Assembly (NCBI GenBank): GCA_029261895.1
Contig: JAJDAK010000017.1
Span: 13,572-77,571, forward strand
Source of the DNA: Deltaproteobacteria bacterium
GTDB lineage: Bacteria > Myxococcota_A > UBA9160 > SZUA-336
DNA: 64,000 bases
Direction: 5' to 3'
The notes under the pieces are model-generated. The model was not told the DNA's origin. It made no database searches and was given only the letters and a program-made list of their open reading frames with translations. This document shows positions 56,501-64,000 of this stretch, piece after piece (positions within the stretch are counted from its first letter, which is position 1; each line of letters opens with the position of its first letter). Position numbers and translations under genes: made by a program.

Positions 56501-57579
56501 TTGCGCCAGAGCCGGGCACACAACAACTGCCTACCGGATACGCTCTCGCTGGCAACGCTGTGTTCACCAACGACGGCACGTGTGCGCGGACGAGTGCCAA
56601 GATCTTCAAGGGTGGCGTCTGCCTTGGGCCAGGTACTAGTTCCGTGACCTTACCCACGATTACCGTTCGTGGCAGCACACGTTATGGCGCGTGGCTTCGT
56701 GTTCGCGCCGCCACGAATTCAACCTTGTCGGTTCAGGCCAATTGGAATAATTCGAGCGACTCTCAAAACCTGGTCGTTGCAGATACCGGCGGCGGATTCG
56801 CACGCGTCCCCTTAACTGTCGACCCGCTGGCCTTTACGTCACCGCCTGATGCGAACCAGCTTACACTCAATGTCTCGAGTAGTGACGCTGTAGCCCTCGA
56901 CAGCGTCGTCATTTGGCAGGAACGGCTCGTGGATGCGGTCTGCACGGACCCCAACTCAGATAGCGATTCTGACGGTGTATCCGACGTTTGCGACAATTGC
57001 CCGGACGACCCCAACCCCGATCAAGAAGACGCGAACGGCGATGGTGTGGGAGACGCCTGTTCGCCATGTCCTAATAACTGTGACGACGGTCTAGACTGTA
57101 CCCGCGATACCTGTATTCCGCCGGGCACCTGTGTGCACTACTGCGATGTTGGCCTGTTGTGCGGCGAAGCCTGTGGGATCAATCTGACTTGCGGTATCGA
57201 CGCGAATGGAGCTTGTAGCTGCTCGGGTTCGGGCTCACCTTGCCAGGCCAGCGGAGATCAAGACCAAGACGGCGTCTGTGACGCTCTCGACAACTGCACC
57301 GAGCAGGCGAATCCGATTCAGGTGGATGCCGACTTTGATGGATACGGCAATGCCTGCGATTGTGATCAGGACCAAGACGGCGATTGCGACCTAATCGACC
57401 ACGCGAACGTGGCGTCCTGCGTCTTGGCGGGCGGGAATGTCGAACCACTCCATGACCCAAACTGTACCGAGTCAGATATGACCGAAGACGGGCTGTTGGA
57501 TATCGATGATATCGTACGCTCCGACACCATGCGGGCAGCCGGTCTCGGACCAGGGCCCTCGGCGCTCATCGGCAACTGA
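53566..57579 (+). CDS. Secreted GH20-like hexosaminidase with CBM4/9-like inserts, TSP3 repeats and a dockerin/EF-hand-like tail
   Basis: 'EGYVL.V..A.D.HGLWNG..T..QL..IRDFPD...R' GH20b domain; 'NIDEIH', 'WGWHDM', 'VYWNY'; NPGFE/NPSFE CBM starts. Confidence 0.75.
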   Translation: MITVEVRPVFGLMLLLVTLVGVQTASADTPVPKPQSVQMNESVVGLPASPTIAFSTSNPSSRMTFLQTYLQNGLTTFSGGFTEVGGNSDVHVHLHRFDDPAPPEGLAASIAPFPQIGSEGYVLLVEPNGAGVRVTIAADDDHGLWNGGMTALQLLLVAPEGPSEASVTPQLIRDFPDHPIRAVHLMSLNMPKNNGVWELTSTIRDRIDEMARLKINRMETSQGNAAFIQEDFADFIPAFAQAQEYADDRFVQFATFSGDLRNGAPPRYMDGWWTHREGFAFEPRVAERVPNPGFEVDLDSDGFPDSWFLVSIDPNRGAWSVDTTESYLGDVSMRIDVAPSAMSNPPLIPSDPNDPNSPLIPNPQSSTNLRVIHSDLPVLNPGLYRVRACFKSLNIQSLPLQVTFFATSSGNPAQIGSVFSDFGTTSGWICRTSGQQPISIDANTSGLGLYTRINDGGSGTAWVDEIEIVEVEEISPGVWQEVAATPVHMAVPILGAPNLVANPSFEAGLQPDGVTPIDWNLATVDPNYGTWTLDTTVARTGTASMRLYVPDSDVTVPGQPNSSEMLRVSQLITGDIPGGLYRATAWMRTENVQPHVSGLGAQLTVHDNDPQQLFLGNPTGPLGTQDWTQISAFVRVPDGHDQVGVYSRINENGTGTIWLDDISIQRVSGDLRNVPRSGYNIVVESVGGATRHIENIDYEVIDGALELKYEPDLIPTEIRLLPGSAIDPNGEVWISYDSQLYWSELVFASQAPNICSTDVFNEYFAPQVDQILNDIEAVSSIPYSPLLAINIDEIHGFNRSGACHTLDGELARPNGQVLADHLNAYMAEARSHRPDLRFWGWHDMFTPVRNGGRGYEFKYGGDPGATICAVEPTHTECLLEDQYTSPPLDPDMILVYWNYGDTTAYEFEGSRFLHEDLGHDFMVAPGNLENNIRDWAALAVGEPKALGMMRTPYANEDNLDLSADLFWNAPWQRVFFAPFAPEPGTQQLPTGYALAGNAVFTNDGTCARTSAKIFKGGVCLGPGTSSVTLPTITVRGSTRYGAWLRVRAATNSTLSVQANWNNSSDSQNLVVADTGGGFARVPLTVDPLAFTSPPDANQLTLNVSSSDAVALDSVVIWQERLVDAVCTDPNSDSDSDGVSDVCDNCPDDPNPDQEDANGDGVGDACSPCPNNCDDGLDCTRDTCIPPGTCVHYCDVGLLCGEACGINLTCGIDANGACSCSGSGSPCQASGDQDQDGVCDALDNCTEQANPIQVDADFDGYGNACDCDQDQDGDCDLIDHANVASCVLAGGNVEPLHDPNCTESDMTEDGLLDIDDIVRSDTMRAAGLGPGPSALIGN

Positions 57580-58421
57580 TGGCACCGACGCTATTCGAGA
57601 TTTTCGGCCATCCCGTGCCTACCTACGAGGTTTTCATTGCGCTAGCCGCGATCGCCGGGATCGGGTTGGGCCCACGGTGGATGCAGCGCATGGAGGGCCT
57701 GGACGTCCACCAGGCACGTCTAGCGCTGATCGGTGTTGGGGTTTTCACTTTTGTCGGTGGCCGCGTTCACTTCGTGCTGAACAATTGGACGCTCTTTGAC
57801 CTTAGACCCCTTACCGCATTAAATCCTCTCGTAGGCGGTCTGCATGCCGCGGGTGCTATTACGGGCCTGGTTTTGGGAACGCTTTTCCTGGTCCGCCACC
57901 TAGGGATCCCCGTGGCGAAGTTTGCAGATGCGCTTACGCCGACGGTGGGTATCGGAATCGCCATCGCAAGACTGGGTTGTTTCTTCCAGGGCTGCTGCTT
58001 TGGCAAGGTGTGCAACCTGCCCTGGGGGGTAGCCTTTCCCAAAGAAGCTTTTGTGTATCGCTACCACATCATAGAGGGCGTGCTGACAGAAGAGGCCGCA
58101 CGCTCGGCACACGTACATCCTCTACAAATTTATTTTGCACTCGCGGGTCTTCTACTAACCGCCGTTGCGTTTCTCTGGTACCCACGTAAACGCTACGATG
58201 GCCATGTCGCTCTCGTTGTACTCTTCACGTACGCGATATCCGCCGCGGCGCTAGAATTCGTAAGGGCAGATTATTTCCCACGAATCTACTGGGGCCCTCT
58301 CCCGCAGCTGGAATGGATAGCGCTGATGCTTACAGTCGCCAGCGGTTGCGCGCTAATCTACGCGCGACTGCATTTTGCCTCGTCTTCGACGGTTGACTCA
58401 GTGGGAAACCAGGAAACTTGA
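57579..58421 (+). CDS. lgt: Prolipoprotein diacylglyceryl transferase family protein
   Basis: 'ARLGCFFQGCCFG', 'LPWGV.FP', 'HPLQIY', 'EFVRAD'; TGATG coupling to the upstream gene. Confidence 0.82.
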   Translation: MAPTLFEIFGHPVPTYEVFIALAAIAGIGLGPRWMQRMEGLDVHQARLALIGVGVFTFVGGRVHFVLNNWTLFDLRPLTALNPLVGGLHAAGAITGLVLGTLFLVRHLGIPVAKFADALTPTVGIGIAIARLGCFFQGCCFGKVCNLPWGVAFPKEAFVYRYHIIEGVLTEEAARSAHVHPLQIYFALAGLLLTAVAFLWYPRKRYDGHVALVVLFTYAISAAALEFVRADYFPRIYWGPLPQLEWIALMLTVASGCALIYARLHFASSSTVDSVGNQET

Positions 58422-58655
58422 CCGGCGCAGCAATTCAGCCGCGCGACTGATCCGTGTAGTCGATCAGCTCGGCGCCCGGGTCATGGATCTGATCTCGATC
58501 AATGATCCCGGCTTGGACACGACAGGCCCAATCGTCCGACTCGCCTTCCGCGTTGTCGGCCTGGTCGCGCTAGGCACTCAACCAAGGACCCTGAGGCAAG
58601 CGCTCCAGCGCGTGGCCGGCAAAGCTCTTGGGGGATTCATTGGTTCGCCAAGCAG
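58402..58655 (+). pseudogene. Degenerate serine resolvase/invertase fragment
   Basis: 'KLDRRSNS..LIRVVDQL..R..LISINDPGLDTTGP..RL.F..V' resembles the resolvase KLDRL.RS..DT.TP.GRL motif; catalytic N-terminus missing. Confidence 0.6.
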
Positions 58656-58769
58656 CGGGCAACGCCGCATTTCAACCACAAATACACCCACTGTCTCATG
58701 TTGGCCAGTGTATCGGCCGATAGCGCTTCCGAGGCAAAAAACTCCTGCTCTATCCGAGGAATCCGCCCC

Positions 58770-60227
58770 ATGTCCAGAGTTCCTGTTGGTCGTATCTGCG
58801 TCATCCTGCTGTTCGGTCTTTCACTGGCGCTGCCATCTATCGTCACTGCAGAAGTTTATCAATGGGTCGACGAGAAGGGTGAGCTGCACTTCTCCGACAC
58901 ACCCCCGCCCAAATCCAAGCAACGCGGCGTCAAGGTAGATCGCAGATTCGATCGGGATGAGAGTGCGCCGACGCGCGTGAGTGTTCCGGCGGGGAGTGAG
59001 CGTGCCGCGTATAAGGGCGAGGGGGCCTCGCGCCTAATCGTGCTCGAGAAGGTGGGCTTTGATCTGCCTCCGTCGGCCAAGAAGCCTAAGCCGATCGGTC
59101 GGGACTGTAAGCGTGATCGCGATATCAGTATCTATGACGCGGCGGGCTGGGCTAAGCGAATCCAATTCGACAGCGGCTTCTACGGCCGACTTGACGAGCT
59201 CGGTTACGAGACACCGATCTCGAACCAGCTCAACTTTGCGCATGAAGCCAAAAAGGCGCCGGAGCTGAGCGTGATCGGAACGATCAAAGGTGTGAAGTTC
59301 GGTAGTTGTGGCAAGTCTACGGAGATGACCGTGTTATGGCGCATGTTCGACAATCTCAAGCGTAAGGTCGTCTACGAGGTGACCACGAAAGGGAACTACA
59401 GGCACGTCGCTGAGCGCACGCCGGCAACGAAGTCCAGCCGCCAACGCAGCGTACGAGGTTTGCGTTATGGTAGACGCACCCAATCGGGGAGCGAATCGCT
59501 TCTTCATGGGATGCTCGAGGCTTTCGTGAGTTCGGCCAATCGGTTCTTCGAGTTGGAGCAGTTCGCGAGTCTAATGACTCCGAACACCGCGGTCGCATCA
59601 ATCCAGGAGGAGGAGGTAGAAGATACCGAGCCGGTCGTGCTTTCGCTTCGTTACGGCAATGGCACTGCGACCTTCTCTACGAAGGTGGAGAGCCTTAAGA
59701 GCGCGACCGCAACGGTGCGCACGGCCGCAGGTCATGGCAGCGGCTTTCTCATCTCTTCCGGTGGTTATCTCGTCACGAACTATCATGTGATCGCGGGCAA
59801 CTCTGAGGTCCTGGTGGTTCTCGGCGAAGCAGAGCTCGACGCTAAAGTTCTACGCAGCGACGCCGAGCGTGACGTAGCATTGCTCCAGCTCAAAGGATTT
59901 AGCAATGCCGCCCCACTGGAGCTGGCGCGCACCAAGCCGGCCCAGGGCGACACCCTCTACGCCGTGGGTACGCCGCTCAGCGAAGAGCTCAGTCACACGG
60001 TTACTAAAGGAATCCTCTCCGCGACTCGTACGATGAAGGGTCAGGAGTACTATCAGACCGACGCTGCTGTGAATCACGGCAGCTCGGGCGGCCCCGTCTT
60101 CAACGACCAAGGGGAGCTAGTCGCCATCACCGTCTCGGGTCTCATGACCCGCTCCGGTGGTACGATGGACATCAACTACTTGATCCCGATCCACGATGCG
60201 CTCGACGTGCTTGGCGTGCGCCCTTAG
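58770..60227 (+). CDS. Secreted DUF4124 + trypsin-like (S1C) serine protease
   Basis: 'EVYQWVDEKG..HFSD.PP'; catalytic TNYHV, DVALL and NHGSSGGP motifs. Confidence 0.88.
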   Translation: MSRVPVGRICVILLFGLSLALPSIVTAEVYQWVDEKGELHFSDTPPPKSKQRGVKVDRRFDRDESAPTRVSVPAGSERAAYKGEGASRLIVLEKVGFDLPPSAKKPKPIGRDCKRDRDISIYDAAGWAKRIQFDSGFYGRLDELGYETPISNQLNFAHEAKKAPELSVIGTIKGVKFGSCGKSTEMTVLWRMFDNLKRKVVYEVTTKGNYRHVAERTPATKSSRQRSVRGLRYGRRTQSGSESLLHGMLEAFVSSANRFFELEQFASLMTPNTAVASIQEEEVEDTEPVVLSLRYGNGTATFSTKVESLKSATATVRTAAGHGSGFLISSGGYLVTNYHVIAGNSEVLVVLGEAELDAKVLRSDAERDVALLQLKGFSNAAPLELARTKPAQGDTLYAVGTPLSEELSHTVTKGILSATRTMKGQEYYQTDAAVNHGSSGGPVFNDQGELVAITVSGLMTRSGGTMDINYLIPIHDALDVLGVRP

Positions 60228-60409
60228 CTGGACTTCCCCCGGTCCTGTAGACAATTAGAGGGCACAGTTTGAGGGGGCTTCAAATACCGCAGGACTGACG
60301 CCGCCGGTTTACTCATTCGCGATCGCACCTCGATTTCATTCGGCCGGCACGCGCTGCTCATAAGATTCCCACGCCAGCATCCGCGCGTCAGTACAACCGT
60401 GATCGCCGT

Positions 60410-61264
60410 CTAAAGGACGCTCAGGTAATAGCCGTGGTTTAGCCACTCAAGCTGTCCGTTACGGAATCCTACATTGAGCTGTCCCAGCCAACGCTCGGCG
60501 CCCGCCCAGATTGGTTGCGCGTAGTGCCAGACTTCGTAATCTCCACTGCTTGATTTAATGACCGATCGAGTAGGGCCGCCCGATAACAACTTGCTGGCCT
60601 GTTCGAGTGTCATTCCGGGTTTGAGCGAGGTCATGATCGTCCTGAATGCTTGACGTTTGGGTTTTTTCTTCGCGTCATCGATCAGAAATATGGGGATCAT
60701 GGGTAGAACGAGGGGCGCTAATACCCAGAGCCCGATTGCCTCGAAGGAACTCCCCCTTCTCTCCTCGTTATAGGATCGGTACGCGAGGCCTAGGGGGGAT
60801 TCCATCAGATCGTTGCGTCGGATAAACGACACAATATCTCCAAGTCCATTCTCGTAAGGTGGAGAATCTTCTGAGTAATCAGTCCAGGGCCTTAGAATTT
60901 TATCAACGGTCGTACGATCCAGTACACTGATAAGCTGGTCTTCCTCGAAAACGCAGAGCAATATGTTTGGATCGTCGTCGAACGAAAACTTGATCGCCTG
61001 GTAGTGGCGGTCTGCGTGAAGGAATTCAGAAAAGGTGTGTCCTTCTGTACCGAAAGCCAACGAAACTACCTCGGGGCTCTTCCCCATCAAAGAACGCAGC
61101 GCGCGCGGCTCCCTGAGATCCGTTGGAATCGCTACGCAACCGATGGTCACGACCAGCGCAATGAGTCCGGCCACTCCGCAGAACCGCTGGGCCCCTTTTG
61201 TTCCGCTTCGTATCCATCTCTCGCGAGTATGTATCGAATTCGTTTGCATCGTAACCTCCGGCAA
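60410..61264 (-). CDS. Hypothetical lipoprotein with SmpA/OmlA-like C-terminus
   Basis: Hydrophobic stretch ending TIGC; 'LKPGMT.EQ...LL.G.P..EVWHY..V.F.NG.L'; start uncertain. Confidence 0.6.
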   Translation of the reverse strand: MPEVTMQTNSIHTRERWIRSGTKGAQRFCGVAGLIALVVTIGCVAIPTDLREPRALRSLMGKSPEVVSLAFGTEGHTFSEFLHADRHYQAIKFSFDDDPNILLCVFEEDQLISVLDRTTVDKILRPWTDYSEDSPPYENGLGDIVSFIRRNDLMESPLGLAYRSYNEERRGSSFEAIGLWVLAPLVLPMIPIFLIDDAKKKPKRQAFRTIMTSLKPGMTLEQASKLLSGGPTRSVIKSSSGDYEVWHYAQPIWAGAERWLGQLNVGFRNGQLEWLNHGYYLSVL

Positions 61265-61490
61265 TTGTCTGAGCTTGAAGATGCATCAATAATGCGAGGA
61301 GTAAAAGTTTGTCTTGGCTGGCTAATGTTTGTTTCATGATCGTCCAGAGAGGAATCTGACCTGACGGATTCCCCCCCGGTTCCACGAACACATCCAAGAA
61401 AACCTATGATGGGCCTGGGGCAGGTCAATAAAGACGGAACTCGAATTCGGCTGGAAGTAATTCTCGACACTACTCTGACACGCCATGCCT

Positions 61491-62354
61491 CTAACCGTGC
61501 TCACGAAAACCACGCAGAAACTCACGAACCGTGGCGACGGCCTCTTGGCGGAGTCTGGCTTTTTCGTCTTCGTCAGTCGGGCGGCCGAGGAATCCGGCGT
61601 AAGCGCGGGGACCATCCTGGTCGGTGTCGCGAAAGCGCTCGTTGAGGAGCTGCAACGCTTCGGTCACCTGGGGATGCGCCGCTATGGTGCTATTCGCAGC
61701 TCTCTGCCCAGCAGCTCTCGGACCGCCTTCCGCGTTGAGAAGCGTGAACACCAGGTCATATGCGTCCTTGTTTTCGTGACGGTCTTGGAAAGCAAAGATC
61801 TTAAGCACGGTGTACGGGAGTATGTTTGTCACGCGTACGGTGACGCGTGAATGACCGCCGTCGTCAAGTCGCGGGCCTTCGATTGCGCGTTCGATGAAAT
61901 CGTCGCGAACGAGGTGTGCACCCCGGACATTGAAAGCGCCAAGCTTCGAGCCGGTCGATTCGCCCTTGGGTCGGAAGATGCGACCGGCTTCAACTTCGTC
62001 GGTTTCGCAGAGGAACTCGACGAATACCGTCATACCATCGACATCGCGCGCCCATCGGAAGCTAGGTTCGCGCTGCTGAAACTGCGCCTTCTCCAAATTG
62101 TTTTGCAGCGTCCGGTACGTCTCGGGTGTCTCATCGCCGAGTGCAAGGCCGATGATGAGATCGACGTCGGTCGTACCCACATGAGCGCGGGCACCTTCGG
62201 GGAGTTCCCCGATGAGGTATCTCGGTGCCAGGCCGCCAGCCAGATAGATCCGGTCTTTCCATGGCCCGAGATCGCCAAGGAGCGTGATCAGCACGCGCTC
62301 GCAGCGTAGCGTCGCTTCATCGTTGTAGTCGGAGTGGTGCCCGCGTCGACTCAA
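61491..62354 (-). CDS. Nucleotidyltransferase toxin-like protein (AbiEii/type IV TA-like)
   Basis: 'LAGGLAPRYL..HVGTTDVDL'; 'KIFAF.DR..KDAYDL'. Confidence 0.8.
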   Translation of the reverse strand: MSRRGHHSDYNDEATLRCERVLITLLGDLGPWKDRIYLAGGLAPRYLIGELPEGARAHVGTTDVDLIIGLALGDETPETYRTLQNNLEKAQFQQREPSFRWARDVDGMTVFVEFLCETDEVEAGRIFRPKGESTGSKLGAFNVRGAHLVRDDFIERAIEGPRLDDGGHSRVTVRVTNILPYTVLKIFAFQDRHENKDAYDLVFTLLNAEGGPRAAGQRAANSTIAAHPQVTEALQLLNERFRDTDQDGPRAYAGFLGRPTDEDEKARLRQEAVATVREFLRGFREHG

Positions 62355-63403
62355 AATCCAATCATCTCTTGTCGCAGGTGGTCTGCCTGTTCTCGGCCTC
62401 TCCGTGGATCCCGTCGAAGGTCGGCGTAAAGGCGGAAGCGGTTCGCCAGCCAGAGGTTGTCGTCCTGTTCACGAAACGCAAGTGGTGCGTCGTCCTTCGC
62501 TTGTAGAAAGACGACGTTCTGACCGTCGGCGACGGGACTCGCTCCGGTCGCTTCGTACAACTCTTGCGCGGCGGCCGTCGCTTGAACCCAGACCTCGACG
62601 ATAGGGATCGCAGTGATGAACGGTGCGATTCGGCTTGCGGCCGCAGCACCTGTAAGTGCGTAGTCGATGTCCTGCTGACCGAGGGCTTCACCGAGCTGCT
62701 CGATAAGTTGCTGAGGCGTCTGTGCAAGCCGGTAGGCTAGGATCCGATTCGGTTCGACTACATTCTCCTCCGCCCATAGATCGAGTAGCGCGGTCGGATC
62801 GGTAACGTGCCGTATGCGCTTGGGGCCGGTTCCTTCGGTGGTGATGATGCCCTCCCCTTCCAAGCGAGTGAGCACACGATGCACCAGCGCGACCGAAACC
62901 TGCACGATTTCAGCAAGCGCTTTGACCTGCCAGTCGCGAGTTGGCTCGATCAGCAGCGCTTGGGCAATGAGCCCCGCCTTGCCCCGAAGTCGAGTTGGCG
63001 CTGGCACTCCTGGAGTGCCGCGAGCCTGGCCTCTCCCCTCCACGTGAAGGAACAGGCCGGGCAACTCGATATGGGCATTACCGAGGCCATCGACAAAAGC
63101 GATCCCGTGTTCCTGCACGATTTGCCGCGCCTCTGCTGTGGTTTTGCCAGCGATGAGCAATAACGGCCTTTGGGGCTCTTCCTGGTGCCGGTGGACAAGC
63201 TGGCGGGCCGTGGCAGCATTGGCCTGCTGCTTGAATTCCACATTGATCGTCGTACGCTTATCCGCGAAGCGCACAACGGCATCCCATTGCTGTCGGGCCC
63301 TGTATGGTTCAACCCTTACATCCAGACCCGGAACCTGGCGCAGGATGCGGAGGGCCTCAGCCTCAAAGGCTCCAGCTATATTTACTGTTTTAGCCTTTTT
63401 CAC
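62351..63403 (-). CDS. AbiEi-like (type IV TA) antitoxin with internal wHTH
   Basis: wHTH 'LA....VS.ALVHRVL..LE.EG'; 'DP.ALLDLW', 'YALTG..AA', 'LYADL....RG.EQA.HL'; 4-bp overlap with the NTase gene; start set at GTG 63403. Confidence 0.78.
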   Translation of the reverse strand: MKKAKTVNIAGAFEAEALRILRQVPGLDVRVEPYRARQQWDAVVRFADKRTTINVEFKQQANAATARQLVHRHQEEPQRPLLLIAGKTTAEARQIVQEHGIAFVDGLGNAHIELPGLFLHVEGRGQARGTPGVPAPTRLRGKAGLIAQALLIEPTRDWQVKALAEIVQVSVALVHRVLTRLEGEGIITTEGTGPKRIRHVTDPTALLDLWAEENVVEPNRILAYRLAQTPQQLIEQLGEALGQQDIDYALTGAAAASRIAPFITAIPIVEVWVQATAAAQELYEATGASPVADGQNVVFLQAKDDAPLAFREQDDNLWLANRFRLYADLRRDPRRGREQADHLRQEMIGF

Positions 63404-63434
63404 AATGATTGTGAATATAGCAATTTTTGTGAAA
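63399..63434 (-). promoter_or_regulatory. Palindromic operator and extended -10 for the AbiE-like operon
   Basis: TTCACAAT-G-ATTGTGAA (63399-63415); TGcTATATT on the minus strand. Confidence 0.6.
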
Positions 63435-63475
63435 ATAGACGAGATGCCGGTAGCACACCACGTCCATACAGAGCC

Positions 63476-63687
63476 GGTAATCACCTGGCAAGCCAAATTC
63501 AGGTGTCTTGAATGGTCCCGTTCCGTTCGCGATCGATCGCCTAAGTGCTTGAATTCGCAAAGTGTAGAATGAAACAACCCGGCGGGTGACCCATTGAATG
63601 ACCGTCAAGCGTCCTCCCGAATTCCTTCGCAGAACGCACATTTACAAAGCACGATTTCGTTTGGGTAATCACCTGGTAAGCCAAAAT
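63476..63687. repeat. Putative integrase arm-type sites GGTAATCACCTGG(T/C)AAGCCAAA
   Basis: Copies at 63476-63499 and 63664-63687 match 47497-47520 and 63921-63944. Confidence 0.7.
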
Positions 63688-63780
63688 CGCAATTTCGAGG
63701 TTGAAACGCCAAGTCGCGACTTAGAGCGGAGGGACATCTGGCGATGTTGCTCAGACAACTGCGAAGGGATTCATCAGTGA

Positions 63781-63793
63781 AATCAAACAATTA
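63781..63793 (+). promoter_or_regulatory. IHF binding site next to the att core
   Basis: AATCAAacaaTTA fits WATCAANNNNTTR, 12 bp from the att core. Confidence 0.65.
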
Positions 63794-63805
63794 CGCAGGT
63801 TAGAT

Positions 63806-63946
63806 TGGTGGAGCTGAACGGGATCGAACCGTCGACCTCCTGAATGCCATTCAAATGCTCCCTATCGTATTCGGGCTCAAAACCTAGGATTCGTGGCTGT
63901 TCTCGATGTTGAATGTTTCTGGTAAGCAACTGGTAAGCCAGAATAC
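63806..63946 (-). repeat. att junction: second 3' half of tRNA-Ala(GGC) (63806-63853) plus the end of an adjacent related element
   Basis: 96 bp with one mismatch to 47382-47477, followed by the arm motif; tRNA 5' half again absent. Confidence 0.9.
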
Positions 63947-64000
63947 AACATTCATTTCGGGTTTCATGCCTACGCCCCTGACCGTCGAGCTCGTTGGATC

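Larger units (their letters stand above)
47382..63853. mobile_element. tRNA-Ala-targeted genomic island (~16.4 kb) with no integrase inside
   Basis: Bounded by 48-bp tRNA-Ala 3' direct repeats (offset 16424); arm-type repeats at both ends; TA, cassette and resolvase-remnant cargo. Confidence 0.82.

Noticed and set aside
58375-58938. Active recombinase mobilising the island
   Set aside because: Only a degenerate internal resolvase fragment without the catalytic Ser region; the island ends look like tyrosine-integrase sites.
60228-61395. IS3-like terminal repeats at ~60228 and ~61365
   Set aside because: Resemblance by eye only; both are in the same orientation and there is no transposase between or beside them.
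1-64000. Retron, DGR, prophage or T6SS locus
   Set aside because: No reverse transcriptase, phage structural/terminase, VgrG or PAAR genes recognised.

Overview
GC-rich bacterial accessory region. The gene style (TSP3/Cys-rich secreted proteins, class III cyclase-NTPase, c-di-GMP-I riboswitches) suggests a Myxococcota/Binatota-like organism, but this is inference only. Positions 1-47 kb hold tRNA-Leu(CAA), many Sec-secreted proteins, tandem c-di-GMP-I riboswitches, a CheY-CheC-kinase signalling cluster, yajQ, a duplicated cyclase-STAND-TPR protein, lnt, cfa, three signal-peptide-bearing shell-less 'mini-Rhs' genes and two nucleotidyltransferase TA-like pairs. A ~16.4 kb integrase-less island (47382-63853) is bounded by two copies of the 3' half of tRNA-Ala(GGC), with arm-type repeats and an IHF site, indicating tandem islands. 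It carries a four-attC integron cassette array without intI (GNAT, lipoproteins, HicBA), GH20/Lgt cargo, a protease and an AbiE-like pair. The most unusual signal is that each long attC site contains a -10 box exactly 7 nt before an ATG. That ATG opens a leader ORF which either stops inside the attC R' core or fuses to the next cassette gene, so these look like self-expressing attC sites. All calls come from reading the sequence by eye; no database searches were run.
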